From: Marsupella aquatica
Taxonomy: Eukaryota > Plantae > Marchantiophyta
Assembly (NCBI GenBank): GCA_973895155.1
Contig: OZ316899.1
Span: forward strand, 13,023,934-13,087,933
Length of the DNA: 64,000 nucleotides
Direction of reading: 5' to 3'
How positions within the stretch are numbered: the stretch's first letter is position 1; every line of letters begins with the position of its first letter. The notes beneath the pieces are model-generated. The model saw nothing but the letters and a program-made list of their open reading frames with translations. It was not told the DNA's origin and ran no database searches. Both the position numbers and the translations under genes were made by a program. Below are positions 1 to 13,429 of the stretch, piece by piece.

Positions 1-24
1 GAGGATTTGCTATCGCCTTGATGA

Positions 25-2039
25 ATGAACATACCATCGGGACCTTCGGGGTCCGGACCAGTTGGTCCTGCTCCGGTCCCTGTTGCGCCACCGCTAGCAG
101 TACCAATGGCAGCAGCCCCACCGGCTATGGCCTGCGCTGCCCTTCCCCCACAAGTATCGCAACGGTCATGGTTCATTATCGACCTTTCAAAGGGCGTCAT
201 GGGGACGATCTGGATGAATGGTTGGATGAATTTGAAGCCACTGCTAAGGCCAATGGGGAAGATGCCATTAAGCTAACCATCCTCCCCGGTGTGATGCAAG
301 GAGAGGCTCGTCCATGGTACAGCTTGCTGCCACCCGGGACCACATGGGCACAATTCCAAGCTGCGTTGCTGCAAGAGTTTCGTGCCATTGGATCAGAGCA
401 GCGGTCTTTATTAAAGATTGGCCACCTTCGCATGGGAAAGAAGGAATCCTTGCGAAAGTTCATTCAGAAGTTTCAAAAACTTGCCGCCAAGATCCGGCCA
501 AGGCCAGGGGATGCGCTCCAGCTTATGTGGTTTCTCCACGGTTTGCCCACAAATATGCAATTTTGGGTGTGCCAAAATAACCCGATTTCAATGCAAGCGG
601 CCATAGCGTGCGCCGAAACCTATCGGGAATCCACTTATAACTCTTGGCAAAGTCAACGGGCACACCGACAAAAGGGCAAATACAAAACCTTCAGTGACAG
701 TGACTCCGAATCGGACGACAAGAAGAAGAAGAAACGCAAGAAGAAGAAGAAACATCGTTCGACCTTGTCTAGTTCAGAGACAGAATCTAGTTTGGATTTG
801 ACTTCTACTAGCAAATCCTCCACTTCCAACTCATCGGGAAGTGATTTGGAGAGCGAGAGCCAGAGCAAGAAGAAGAAGAGGCGAGCTAAGAAGGAAGAGA
901 AGGTCAAGCCTCGTGTTTGACAAACGATCCCCAATCCAAAGGCTGCTGAAGCAGACAAGCTCAATGAAATTACGGATCATCTCAAAGCATTGTCGGTACA
1001 CCTTGCGGACAAGCCTGTGGAGAAAAAGAAACCTTCCGAGACCCGAGCACACGCATGGTGCTCCAAGTGTTTCCAATCCGGGCACGTGGTGCAAGAATGC
1101 CCGCAATGGAAGAATAGGGTCCATCAGGTGGAATTGGAGGACCCTAACAGCCCGGGGCCAAAACCGGAGTCCATCGAGTACTTCTTCAACGATGCCACGG
1201 ATTCTGTCTACCAGATTTCCACGATGGGTCCACGCAACTTAGCTGGTAGAACGGCTTACCCTTACCCAAACAATGGCAAGAATGTCTAGGTTATCAGTAA
1301 CCCGAGCATTCCTCCTAAACCCAGGATTTGGCGATCCCCAGTTTGTTACAACTGTGAGAAGCCGGGTTACTTTGCCAGGGAATGCACCGAGCCAAGACGA
1401 CAGGGAGATGGCCGAGGCACTCCACTATGTCAAGTTTGCAAGACTGAGGCCCACTCCACGGCCAATTGCCCGTTGGTGATCGCTGCTCGAGCAAGCGCAG
1501 CCAGGCCGGCCCTGGGAGGTCTTGCTACTAACGATGCTATCATACAAATGATCGCTGTAGAATGGCAAGATGATACCACGGAATGGGTGAACCTGGTGGA
1601 TGTGGTGGAACACCCAAACCCGTCGGACGAAGTCGAGTGCTACCGCGTGGCGACTCGCGCCAAACAAAAGCAAGAGAAACAAGAAGAGAAGCATTGGAAG
1701 AAGCAAGATACAACCCCAGTGCAGCCAGCAGTAGAAATCTCCCCAGAGGAGGATGATGACTACCGACAAGATGACCCAAAACTATTCTTCCCCCATATCA
1801 AAGAATTGGTTAAGAAGCAGTTGGAGGCTTATGAAGCACGCAAATACCAGAAGGCTATCGACAAGGATATCAAAGCAGCTAAAGTCGCCCAACGACAAGA
1901 GCGGGAGAAGCAACAGGAGGAACCCCAGCAGCATCCCAAGGAAGAGAAGAAGGAGGACTACGATATCCGGCAAGACGTGAAAAGTTGCCCGGTCACGGCA
2001 ACAGTAGGGCAATTACTGCACAATAACCCTCAGTATTGA
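25..2039 (+). pseudogene. gag: Gag, frameshifted; retrotransposon gag core plus three zinc-knuckle-like motifs
   Basis: FKGRHGDDLDEWLDEF...ARPWY...W..FQAALLQEF; CSKCFQSGHVVQEC, CYNCEKPGYFAREC, CQVCKTEAHSTANC; interrupted by stops and shifts. Confidence 0.88.
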
Positions 2040-2111
2040 CAACAACTGAGGCAGTTACTCACGGGTCGACGACAAAGGCGGCTACCACGAGTAGGGACGG
2101 CAGATTGCAAC

Positions 2112-5100
2112 ATGATCTGCGAAGACCTAGGGGCGCCGGACATATCTATTGAGATAAACAATTGCACCATTAAGATGGTCCTGGTCGACGGTGGCGCGGG
2201 AGTCAACATCATGACTGAAGAAACGTTGATCAAGCTGGGATATCTCACGTATCAAGTAGAAGTCATCAGGAAGGAGCACTATCGGAAGTACACCACGGGG
2301 ATGGATAAGACGTTCAACTTAGGCCATGCCTTGATGGGTGAGGCCGAGAAATCCATTCAGTCACTGCTCAAGGAGTATGAGGATGTGTTCGCATGGAGCC
2401 ATCATGACCTGACGGGTGTCTCTCCCAAGCTAGGAGAACACACGATCGACCTGAACCTAGGTGCACACGCGGTACGGCAGCGCCAGCGGCGTATGAACCC
2501 GAGATATTCAATCTTGGTGAAAGAAGAGATTGATTGTTTACTGGCTGCGGATATCATTTACCCGGTAATGGCGAGTGATTGGGTATCTCCCATCGTCATC
2601 GTGCCAAAAAAGGGAGGCATGGAAGGGAAGCCCAAAATCCGCATCTATCAAGATTATCGTAAGCTGAACGATGCTACCCAAAAGGACCATTACCCGTTAC
2701 CACTCACAGATATGGTTTTGGATATGGTAGCCCGGAATGAAATCTATACCTTCCTTGATGGCTATTTGGGCTACAACCAGATTTGGATCCGCCTCTCGGA
2801 TCAACTAAAAACCACGTTCACTACCGAGTGGGGGACATTCACATTTCAGAGGATGCCGTTTGGACTGTGTAATGCCCCGGCTATGTTCCAGCGACTCATG
2901 ATGAATATTCTCCATGATTTCCTACGGGAGTTTTTGGAAATATTTATTGATGACTTTGCCATCTTCAGAACTGTGGCCATGCACCCCGAACACCTACGAC
3001 GTACTCTACAGCGATGCCGGGAGGTTACCTTAAGCTCCACCCGGGCAAGTGTTTTTTTGGGGTAGAAGAGGGAGTGTTGCTCGGCCATCGGGTATCCAAA
3101 CGGGGTATTGAAGTGGACCAGGAGAAGGTAGCAGCCTGGATGGCAGTAGTGTTTCCGTGGATCAAAAAGCTGTAAGGTCTTTTCTAGGCTGTGTTGGGTA
3201 CTATCGCCGGTTCATTAAAGACTTTGCTAGAATTGGATTGCCCTTAACTGAGATGATGAAGAAGGACGCGGTGATCGAGGAGACACCCCGGAGACGGATT
3301 GCTTTTGAAGAACTCCGTAAACGACTCACCACCGCACCTATCATGGTCACCCCAGACTGGAATAAGGAATTCCATGTGTATGTTGACGTGTCCGGGTTCT
3401 GTATCGGGTCCGTGCTCAATCAGCTTGATGAGAATGGACGTGACCACCCCATCTACTTTGCAGCCGAGAAAAAGTATTCTCCCACTGATCGAGAAGCTCT
3501 GGGTATTATCTACTCATGTAAGAAGTTCCAACACTATCTGCTCGGCTATAAGGTCATATTCCACACGGATCATGATAGCCTGAAGTACATGGTCAACAAA
3601 GCATATGTCACGGGAAGGATAGCCCGGTGGGTGTTACCACTGCAAGAGTTTAATTACGAAGTACGGGTTCAACCTGGGAAGACACACCTCAATGCTGATT
3701 TCTTTTCAAGACTGGATGGAGTACCAGTCGGGCAACCTATTAACGACACCTTCCCCGATGAGGAATTGTTCCACGTAGGGATGGGAGCGCCAACATGGTA
3801 TGGGCCAATCATTACGTTCCTTCTAACTGGATGCATCCCCGATGGCATCAACCAGGAAGCTGCCGCCGTATTTCTCCGAAAGGTGGGGCCATACATCATG
3901 ATACGGGGCCACTTACACAAGCAAGGAATTAACGGGAAAATACGACGCTGCCTGGAGTACAAAGAAACTTTCATTGTGATGCGGGCCTTGCATGAAAAGG
4001 AAGCAAGAGGCCATTTTGCAACTATCACCACCGCCCGGAAGATTCTTGACTCAGGGTATTGGTGGCCCACGTTGCATAGGGATGTACAACGCTTCATTAA
4101 GGGCTGTGACCTGTGTCAGCGAGCTGGGGCACCAAGACGGGCTCATCATCACCCTCTCACGTCTGTGCTTCCCTTAGCACCTTTCGAGAAGTGGGGTATT
4201 CATTATATCGGGCCGTTCACTCCTGTTACCCAAAGACAAAGATGCAGGTACATCCTGTTAGCTATAGATTACTTCACGAAGTGGGTCAAAGCATGGGCTA
4301 CGGTGAGGGATGATGCCGCCACAAGCACCCGGTTCTCATACGAGCAGATCTTCACCCGGTTCGGGCCTCCTTTAGAATTAGTAAGCAACCGTGGAACACA
4401 CTTCCTCAATGACACCGTAACACGGGTTACGAAGCGTTACCTAGTCAAGCACCGCAGGACTACCCTGTATCACCCTAAAGCCAATGGGCTGACGGAGAGA
4501 GCCAATGGTATCATAGGGAAGATCCTCAACAAGACAGTGGCTGCGCACAAAACGGATTGGGATGATAAGTTGTACGCAACGGTGTACTCGTATAATCTAG
4601 CTTACAAAATTACAATGAGTCATAGCCCGTACTTTCTCGTGTTCGGCCAACATTTGTTGGTGCCGTTGAGTTCGAAGTACACACTCCACGAGTCAGCATT
4701 CGGGATCGCTTACCCAAACCTGAAAGTCCGTCTGACCGAGCTTATCAAATTGAATCCTTAGAAGAAGCACGACTACTAGCAGCTTGGCACGCCGTAAAGC
4801 AACAGGCAGCTTCCAAGAAGCAGCACGATAAAGGACTACGGAAGGTCGATGTCGTGACAGGCGATCTAGTCCTGTTGTACGATAGCAGGTACATGCAGTT
4901 CCCCGGGAAGCTTCATACCCGTTGGTTAGGGCCTTTCCTAGTCAATCAGATCTACCTTAATGGATCTTTGGACCTTGCAACGTACGCCGATGATTTACTC
5001 CCCACGCGAGTCAGTTACGATCGTGTGAAGAAGTACCACCATCAAGACGACGATGCCGATAGTGATGTTTGCGAGGACGCTTCACAATTAAGCAGGGGGC

Positions 5101-5135
5101 TATGTGACATCGCCGGTACGGTGGCTAATAAATGA
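2112..5135 (+). pseudogene. pol: Pol (protease, RT, RNase H, integrase with GPF motif), disrupted
   Basis: VLVDGGAGVN protease; DYRKLN, MPFGLCNAP, FIDD in RT; VYVDVSG in RH; H..GHF..CDLCQ and ANGLTERAN in integrase; WLGPF. Confidence 0.93.
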
Positions 5136-5469
5136 TTCGGCCTAACCATGCTTAGCATGCGCAGTAGAGGTATCTTAGGCCGTAATTATTAGCATAACAA
5201 CAGTATTTAGGTAGCCATTATGAGTAGGAAATCATTAGTCAATAAGGGGCGTTCATGTTTGGGCTGGTGGCGGGTCGCCATTTGCACGCCGGGGTTGCGA
5301 GCATGTAATGGGCCCTCCCCTTTCCCCCTCGGGTCCGTATAACAAACTTCGGGAGGCGGCCACTGACACGCGCTGACCCGGAATGGCGGAGTGGTCGGTA
5401 CACTACAAGCGTGAAAGGCTCGGCCTATAAGCGATGAGGAGGCGACGGGAAATCGACGAGCTCTCAAGG

Positions 5470-5478
5470 TATAAAAAG
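5470..5478 (+). promoter_or_regulatory. Candidate TATA box in LTR upstream of the embedded ORF
   Basis: aaggTATAAAAAggg; the same motif is in the LTR at ~26545 and in the solo LTR (cttttatac, ~25385, minus strand). Confidence 0.5.
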
Positions 5479-5589
5479 GGCACCGATCCTTTGCAATGCA
5501 CCAGTTCTTCAGTCCATGCGCCAAATTCAACCCTAGTTCTCTCGCTTATCCTTAGTTGCCTTCCATCTCCTCTGAATATCGCACACAAT

Positions 5590-8148
5590 CCTTTCCAGTT
5601 CGGCCATACGATTTTGGACGCAGTTCCTGTCTATTGGAGGGCACTTGGCCGACTCGTTGAAACATGCCAATCCACGATGATACAAGATTGAACGCGAGTA
5701 CGAGAGAGCCATCCGCCTAGCATGCCGCCATCACTATCTCCTTAACTTTGATTACCCGTCCCAGAGCGAGCTTTACCGACCCAAAGAAATATCAAGGTAC
5801 TTCTTTGATGGAGGCAAATATATCGGCTTCTTGGAGGTATTGCTTTGGCTCCCGGACGAGGTCTTCAATATCCCTGGCACGATTGACTTATAGCAACACC
5901 ACTTTGACCACATCCCCGCTCGGGTCTGGGACATCATCAATAGCGAGTCCAGCGCTACCCGATCTACAAGGGTGTCTACACTTGCATCAGAAAACCTCTA
6001 CCGGCACCTACAGAATTCCATGGTAACTACACCATCGACCACCGGTGCCAGCCCAGCCATGCCTATACCCGCACCAGCCCAGGCTCAGGCTCAGTCTCAG
6101 CCTCAACCTCAACCTCAGCCTAGCCGATCCCCACCGCCGGTCGCCCCGCCAGTACAAGTACGCTCCGTCGTCAACATTGTGGACCTCAGCAACGACAAAG
6201 ACGATACCTTACCCCTGCTCAGGCAGCCTAGAGGAGCAAGCACCCAGGGAGCCAGCACTACATCGCCCCTTCCCCAGGCCCGGACCCGAGTAGCGTCTCC
6301 AATGGATAACACGGTGACCGTAGCCTCCCCGACCCCAATACTAATGGCGGTGGCACTACCCATACCCGATCGAGAGGATGGGGAGGTGTCACCCTCCCCG
6401 AGCCATCATGGGAGCCAGTCTCGGGGAAAGAAGAGGAAGGAACCCACAGCTGTATCCGGGTTACCCATGGCCACGGTAGCCGTGGCCAAGGTAACAATGC
6501 ACCGCATGGGGGAAAACGCGCATAAGAACATCTTCCACCCCAAACATGCGGTGTACTTGAAGACTCAGGGGTTCGAGCACCTAGCCTCTCTCCCCTGGAA
6601 CACGTGCAGATACTACGGGGAGGACATGACGGAGTTCATCAAGAATTATGACGACGTTCGTCAGTATACTTGGCTGCGGGGGAGGAATATGTCCCTCACA
6701 GAGGAGTGGCTCAGGATGATCTTTGGGCTACCCGAGGGCAATCACTGAGTCGAATCACGGGCTCCCGGGGGCAAGGGAGCCAAGTACCAATCCTCGAGTT
6801 TTCCCTCCGAGGGGTCAGTGGACAACGGGTTCGTGATGAGGACCTGCCTCATCCCCGAGATAGCTGAGCGGCTGGAGTTCCAAAGGTACGCCCTCCACAT
6901 GATGGAACCCCGGGGCAAGATCTCTGCTGCCCAGGTTATCCAGGTCGAGAACTATCGACCTAGGAAGTGGGCTTCGTACTTCGCTAAGAAGTTCCATGAA
7001 GAGATGGAGCGGCGAAGGAAGTTGCTATACATCGGCGGGAAGGTGTATTTTGCAAGCCACATCGAGATCATTCTCGAGTGGTACGCCCGGTTTGATCGAC
7101 GAACCCTTCCCCGGGTCAATGTAACTAAGTTGGTCCCGACTAAGTGGATCTTCCCAGCCTTGGAGAGACGGCCTCAACCCAAGGCCCAAAATCTGGCGGC
7201 GACGCAGGCCTCACCCATCCAACCTCCACAGGTAGCGGTAGTCGTGGCCGAAGAAGTACCGGAAGAGGCAGTGATCGCAACCTTAGACTCGATCAACCAG
7301 GCCGGGCCTGGTGCAGAAGTCGGGGCGGTGGAGGAGGACACTCCAGCCCCTTCCAACACTACACCCCCAAGGCTGGATGTCACTACCCTGGCTCCCATGC
7401 GAGTTAACGTCTGCCCGTGCCCAACTCCAGACAGGCATAACCTGGACCACCCGGAACTCTTTGTACCGGGTCCATTTCTAAATGGGGAGATTTCTCCCAA
7501 CAGATAGCCCGGGATACCGGGGAGTTCATGGCTTGAAAGGTAGCCTACTTCTTCAATCAGGAGTTGGTTACCGCAGTAAAGGCAGGTCGGGCTCAGTCGG
7601 AGGCCCTTCAGCGGATAGAGTGGTACCGGGTTGAGTCCGTGTACCTAAAGGATGAAGTTGCAGCTCAAGAGGTTGAGCTTCTGCAACTACGACCCAAGGT
7701 TGCAGCCGCCGATGAGTTGTTAGCAAATGCGCAAGCCCTTACCGCCTCAGCCAAACAGGCCAAAGCCGAGAAGGAGGCCGAGATTGCACGGCTCCAAACC
7801 CAAGTTGACAGTTTGAAGAACCAAACTGTCATCTGGCAGAAAGACCTAGAGGAGGCCAAAGAGCGGGCCCAACATGACACTGCGGAGATAGCCACCCTGC
7901 AGGCCGAAGTGGCATGGCTTCAAGACAAAGCCAAGAAACAGACCCAGGTGGTGGACAAGCTGATGAGCAATGCCTAGCAATTGGAAGAGGCATGCCAGGA
8001 GGCAGCTGAGGAGACGGACGCGGCAAAGCAAGAAAACAAATCTCTGCTAGACCAAGTCCAGCTCCTCAAGGCGGACAACGACAGACTCCGTAGGCAACAG
8101 GATGGCGGCTCCCACTCGGACGGCTCTGGCAAGCGCACCAGACATTAG
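5590..8148 (+). pseudogene. LTR-embedded accessory ORF (~850 codons): Pro-rich region, basic RGKKRK, plant retrotransposon accessory-type domain, C-terminal coiled coil
   Basis: ORF pieces 5972-6748, 6818-7507 and 7564-7977 join across stops and one frameshift and end KRTRH*; homologous peptides occur in all four LTR copies; start position approximate. Confidence 0.8.
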
Positions 8149-9031
8149 CGGAGGGTTAGGCTTAGAATAGACTTAGGAGTAGCTAAAATAGGCTGGTAGG
8201 ACAAGTGTCGGCCAGAAGATAGCGGCGCTGACAATATTAGCTAGCCTGCATAGAATAGGTTAGACTAATAGGACAAGCAGGCACCAGCTTAGCAAGGATA
8301 TAAGTTAGCGTAGATTCGAGCACGAGACCAGGCCGGTCCTCGGCCCTTAGTATTTAGCGGCCCCCGAGTAGAGGCAAGGGAGGGGAATTTTAGACTCAGA
8401 GGTTGGCCATTCGCAGTATGCACGGGGAGTCCCAAACTCGGTGAAGTACCGGAGTGCCAAGGGGAGGGTATACGACTAAGCTTGTTGGGCGAGTGCGGAG
8501 CCGGGCTCCGTTGTAGTGTATACTCCTCGGCCTTGGGCCCGTTCGTTCACGAGGTGTTGGGTCAACCAATCGTAAAGTGTATGATCATAAATGAATGAAA
8601 TCCTTTCTCCTTAATTCCTTCGTGTAAATCAAGATTTCTGTTATGTATGAATGCATGTATGAGTCTCGTGTGCAAGTATCAACGCCGGGCCGAACACGTT
8701 ATGCCAACTGTGCACGGGGTGCCGGATACGGGTACGGGGTTGCAAGCCCGGGTTGAGCTCTTGTACTAATGGATCCGGATCAAAGGCGGTAACACGAAGG
8801 CCTAGAAGTCCGTGAGTTGGGGTCGACCCCGTGTTGACTAAGGTACGTTCCGGCGGCGGAACACAAACTATACCTAGGAGGTGTCTGTACATAACAATAA
8901 GCGCACTTAGCGCTAGTCTACGTGAGTTAGGAGCATTTTGTGCATCCCTCCCTGCCCGAACCCTCATATTTACGAAGGATGTGCCTATCTAAGCCAAAGC
9001 CTGGGTTAAGGCCTAGGCTGACAATGTGACA

Positions 9032-11582
9032 ACAATTCGCTTTCCTTATTGCACAAGAAATTACTAACGATACTCCTGATCCACAGACGGTCCAGGAAGC
9101 TCAAAACAGAGAAGATTGGCCACTCTGGCAGGAGGCAATAAACTCAGAGCTTGACTCACTAATTAAGCAACATGTATTTGGCCCGATCCTACCAGCTTTA
9201 TCAGAAAGGAGCCTAACTGGATATAAATTTACCTTTGTGCAAAAAAGGAACGCGAAAGGAGAAGTGATACAATACAAAGCTAGACTCATGGCAAAATGAT
9301 ACACTCAGATTTATGGTCGAGATTATGACCTCACGTACTCACCTGTTATGGATGCAATCACATACCGCTATATGATAGCCTTTGCTCTATTCCATAAGCT
9401 AATAATGCACCTGATGGACGTAGTAACGGCATATATGTACGGCATTATGGACACGGAAATATATATGCAAGCACCCCCTGAATTAATTACCAGAGTCAAG
9501 TTCCATATTCAGGGGGAGAAAAGCAGCACACTATATCCAGATCTGCAATCAGGCATTAAATAGATCACCAATAAGCCAAAAAACGGACCTACAGTCCAAA
9601 ACACCCATGGGATAAAATATCAAACTAACCAGCCTACTGCTGAGTTAGGTGTGAAGGATGCTCCTTTCGAGCCCTTGCAATGGTACCAGCGAAACCAGGG
9701 AATCCCATTCCCAAAAGAAGGTGGACTTCATCCACCTCAACATGCCAACACGCAAAGAAAGTAGAAAACAACAAAGCCAGCATATGCAGTACAAGTGATG
9801 AGATCCATAAACGGCCTGAAACAAAGCGGCCGCATCTGGTACAAACGCTTTCGCGATGAAATGCTGGCCTTACAATTTACAAATGCAGAAATAGCACCCT
9901 GTCTATTTCTTAAACATGTTGGCACAGAATTTGTGATACTAGCAATTTATGTCGATGATATCAATATCTTTGGAACTAAGCAGCTAACAACGCAGACGAT
10001 TGCAACACTTAAAAGAGTCTTTGAAATGAAAGACATTGGAGTCCCGAGTTACTGCCTTGGCATTCAGTTTAATCATCTGGAGGAAGGTATCCTTATCAAC
10101 CAATCTACGTATACACAGAAAATTCTCAAACAGTTTAATATGCACAATTCGTACCCGGTAAGCACTCCAATGGACTTACGTTCACTTGACCCAGCACGAG
10201 ACATGTTTAGAAAGCGCCAGGAACATGAACAAGTGTTGGGACCCGAGAAACCCTACCTTTCAGCAATTGGGGCCCTCCTTTACTTAGCAAACCAAACGCG
10301 ACCTGACATCAGTTTTGCAGTCAGCCTCCTTGCAAGACATGGATCACAACCGACAATAAGGCATTGGAACGGAGTGAAAAGAGTTTTCCACTACTTACAA
10401 GGGACAGCCAATATGGGATTATACTTCCCCAAGAACGCGAGCCCAACCTTAATCGGATTTGCAGATGCCGGATACTTGTCTGACCTAGACGATGCAAAGT
10501 CCCAGACCGGATATGTCTTCCCACAAGGGGCAACAGCAATTTCATGGAAGAGCACAAAGCAATCATTGACAGCTACATCATCGAACCATTCGGAAATCAT
10601 CACACTCTATGAAGCTACAAGAGAATGCGTGTGGCTCATAAGCTTAATCAACCACATCAACCAGAGCATAGGCAAACCACCACTGACAGAACCTACCATT
10701 CTTTACGAAGACAACCGACCATGCGTGGACCAGATTGCGCAAGGCTTCATCAAAGGGGACCGGATAAAACATATTGCCCCAAAACTATTCTATGCACACA
10801 AACAACACGGAGATAAGATACAAGTCCAATGGATATCGATGAAAGACCTATTTATGAAGCCCTTACCTCCCGCCCTCCATAAAGCTCATATATTTGGCAT
10901 AGGAATGCGATAGTTAAAAGATCTATTACGCCAAGACGCAGCACAAAACTAAGATAGAAGATGAAAGCACTTACCTTTTTTTTGCCAAAATGAGCTTGGA
11001 CGAGTCCACACCATCACAACCTAACCAAGAAGCCATGCCGATGACCACTATCATACTCGACAAGAAACACAATCGATACAGAACAACACGCGCGACCTTC
11101 ATAGAACACATCGACTTTTTCTTTAAGAAAATCCTTCGACATGGAGAGCAACCTCATTGGAAACACTACGACCCCAATCCCGCTCAGCTGAAGCTTACAC
11201 CCTCGGCTTGCTTACCATTCGTATTACTTAAACTACTTAACTTAGACAGTTAACAAAAGGCTACTCCTCTGGATTTACATTACACATATACATTTTAGAC
11301 ACGTAAAACTCTGGTTAAACCTTAATTTTCTTTAGTTCGTCCCACATTATGTAATGGCTGTGGCACTCTTTCCCTTATAGTCAGAAGAAGGGTTTTGATG
11401 AGACCAAACCAACAAAAGATGGGACCTACTACGGGTTAAACTTCCTTTCTAGTGTGGTTGATTTTTTTGCTATACTTAAATCAACCAAGGGGGAGTGTTA
11501 TAAGTTAAAGTTAACCCTAGATAAAGAGGTTAAGGAGTAGTTACATAACTACCTCCATATAACCACACATCTGTACTCAACA
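9032..11582 (+). mobile_element. Ty1/Copia remnant (RT-RNase H, PPT, short 3' LTR); resembles Bianca lineage
   Basis: YKARLMAK, MDVVTAY, GLKQSGRIWY, IYVDDI, TRPDISFAV, GFADAGY, TSSNHSE, IKHIAPK; PPT aagggggag then TGTTATAAG at 11496; LTR end uncertain. Confidence 0.88.
9060..10913 (+). pseudogene. pol: Copia pol fragment (RT and RNase H)
   Basis: ORFs 9348-9563 and 9795-10913 are in the same frame, separated by stops. Confidence 0.9.
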
Positions 11583-11599
11583 CTTACATTATTATGAAT

Positions 11600-13429
11600 G
11601 TTGGAGGTTGGAGCAAATTCTGGCTATGGTGTCCTCAATCTAACAGAACCCATTTACTTCTCCTGCCACAAACCTGGGAGGTGTCCTTTGACACCTCCTT
11701 CACAATGTCCTATCAACAATTGGTGCAACACCAAGGCAAGCCTGCTCCATCGCCTCACACCCGACCAGCATTACTTTGGGGCTGGGCATTTTTCATTCAA
11801 GAATATAAAACTCTGGGTCTAACCCACGATTTATCTTCTACAAAGCAAGCTTCCCTGCTCCATCAATGTCAGTGACCAATTTTCTGAATTGGGTTACCAT
11901 GGACAGTGTAAACCTCCCATTCACTCATCTTCCAAAGTGGCTCAATGTCTTCACACTTGAGGATACATCAAGTAGTCACCACATTTTTCATTTCCCAAAT
12001 CATCTCACATATTTGGCCCACTGGGAGAAACACGCGGGGTAACACCACCAGAATGCTCTATTGGCCACCTCCCGGTCAACAAAAAATTGATATACATTTT
12101 TGCCCTTCTACTAAATGCAACAATATTGATCTTTTCCCCAACTTTGGACTTTGGGGGCCCAAATGCTCTTGAAGAACCTGAATTTAACTTGCTGCAAGAA
12201 GTCTTCAAACTCATCACAAACATCAAGAACAAGTGATGCCTTGTTCTTCTCTAGGGGTCAAAGAATTTGAGACTCAGGGACATAGAGAGTCATCTCCAAA
12301 ACAGCTTCAGACAAAGAGACTCTACCTGTTCCCACGTAGCCCACCTATGCAGCCAGAGTTTAGTCTCACTATTCAAGAATTGCCCAAGATGGAAATATTG
12401 TTTCCGGAACTCGGGCTTGCACTGCGCTTCAAGTAGATTACAACAAAGCAGAGGGCTGAGAGATGTTACCCCGGTGAAAATCCTTGCTCGATCAAGGCCA
12501 CATGAGACATTGCCTCTCCCCTTGTTATCCTGCTTGTCATTTGTCCTTTGTGCTTCCTTCCATTCTTTCTCACAAGAGTTGTGCATCTCCACACATTTCT
12601 TAAAGAAATCCCCAAACTTGGGATTGAGAAGAGGAGCAATTTTTGAAACTTTAACATTCCAATCAGGGAGCTGCTCCTTCATCATTTCTCGCAGTGCAAT
12701 GTCCTTTGTAGCTTTAGACAAAGGTTCTCCAAGCTCCTCCTTGAGCGCAAACTTCTTCTGGAAATCCATAGTCTGGGAAGCTATGTTTGTAGCTGAAAGA
12801 ATGTAAATACAAGTATCCAGGGTCATATTTTCTGAATACTAGGAGGGTTTCTTCACATTTTGCACTATTGGAACAACTTGAAATTCTTTGGATCAATCAA
12901 ATCCTTGTAGATCGACGAGTCAATGTTCACTATCTTCTAGACCCAATCTGCTTCAAGGACCCATGAATTCTCAACGTGGCATTGAGTCAACCTGTCAATG
13001 AACAACAGTATCAAAGATCTTTTGAGTACAAATCAGAGATAAGGGAAACCCAAAATCTAAAGTCACAAACATAATTCAATCAATAGGAACAGATTGGATG
13101 CTCACCAATTCAGGGTATTCATAGTAGATTCAATCTGCACGATTGTGTCCTTCTCGCCTTTGAAAATCTTTGTGACAACACGAGGATGATATTTGATATC
13201 ATGAGGATTTTGGATTGGATGGCAAGCAGATTCCATGAATACAGACAATGATTATCATCAAAACATAAAACATTTTGTCCTTCAGCACAACAAAGTCTCG
13301 ATGAGAATTGCACTCTCTCTTAAAATCTTCATTTTGCAATGCCCATATAAAATCCTAGCCCCTTCAAATTATGTCATTGATGAACTGAACATCACCATTC
13401 TCATTTGTCATCAATACATAAAACATGGG
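11600..13429 (-). pseudogene. Decayed paralog of the ParB-like gene, 3' part (truncated before the MTase-like region)
   Basis: MTLDTCIYILSATNIA...ETKLWLHRWATWEQVES matches ORF 36914-37612; CFDDNHCLYSW matches VFNGNHRLYSW; intron acceptor at the same position (caacctg ~12990). Confidence 0.88.

Larger units (their letters stand above)
1..9031 (+). mobile_element. Ty3/Gypsy LTR retrotransposon copy 1 (5' end outside window; gag-pol plus 3' LTR)
   Basis: Domain order gag-PR-RT-RH-INT; purine tract aagcaggggg just before TGTGACA at 5103; ends ...aatgtgaca at 9031, directly against Copia pol sequence. Confidence 0.93.
5103..9031 (+). repeat. 3' LTR of Gypsy copy 1 (~3.93 kb, contains a gene)
   Basis: Starts TGTGAC right after the PPT and ends TGTGACA; colinear with the TSD-bounded solo LTR at 21817-25748. 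Confidence 0.9.

Noticed and set aside
5590-8148. Envelope gene
   Set aside because: No clear signal peptide or transmembrane segment; basic NLS-like and coiled-coil features instead
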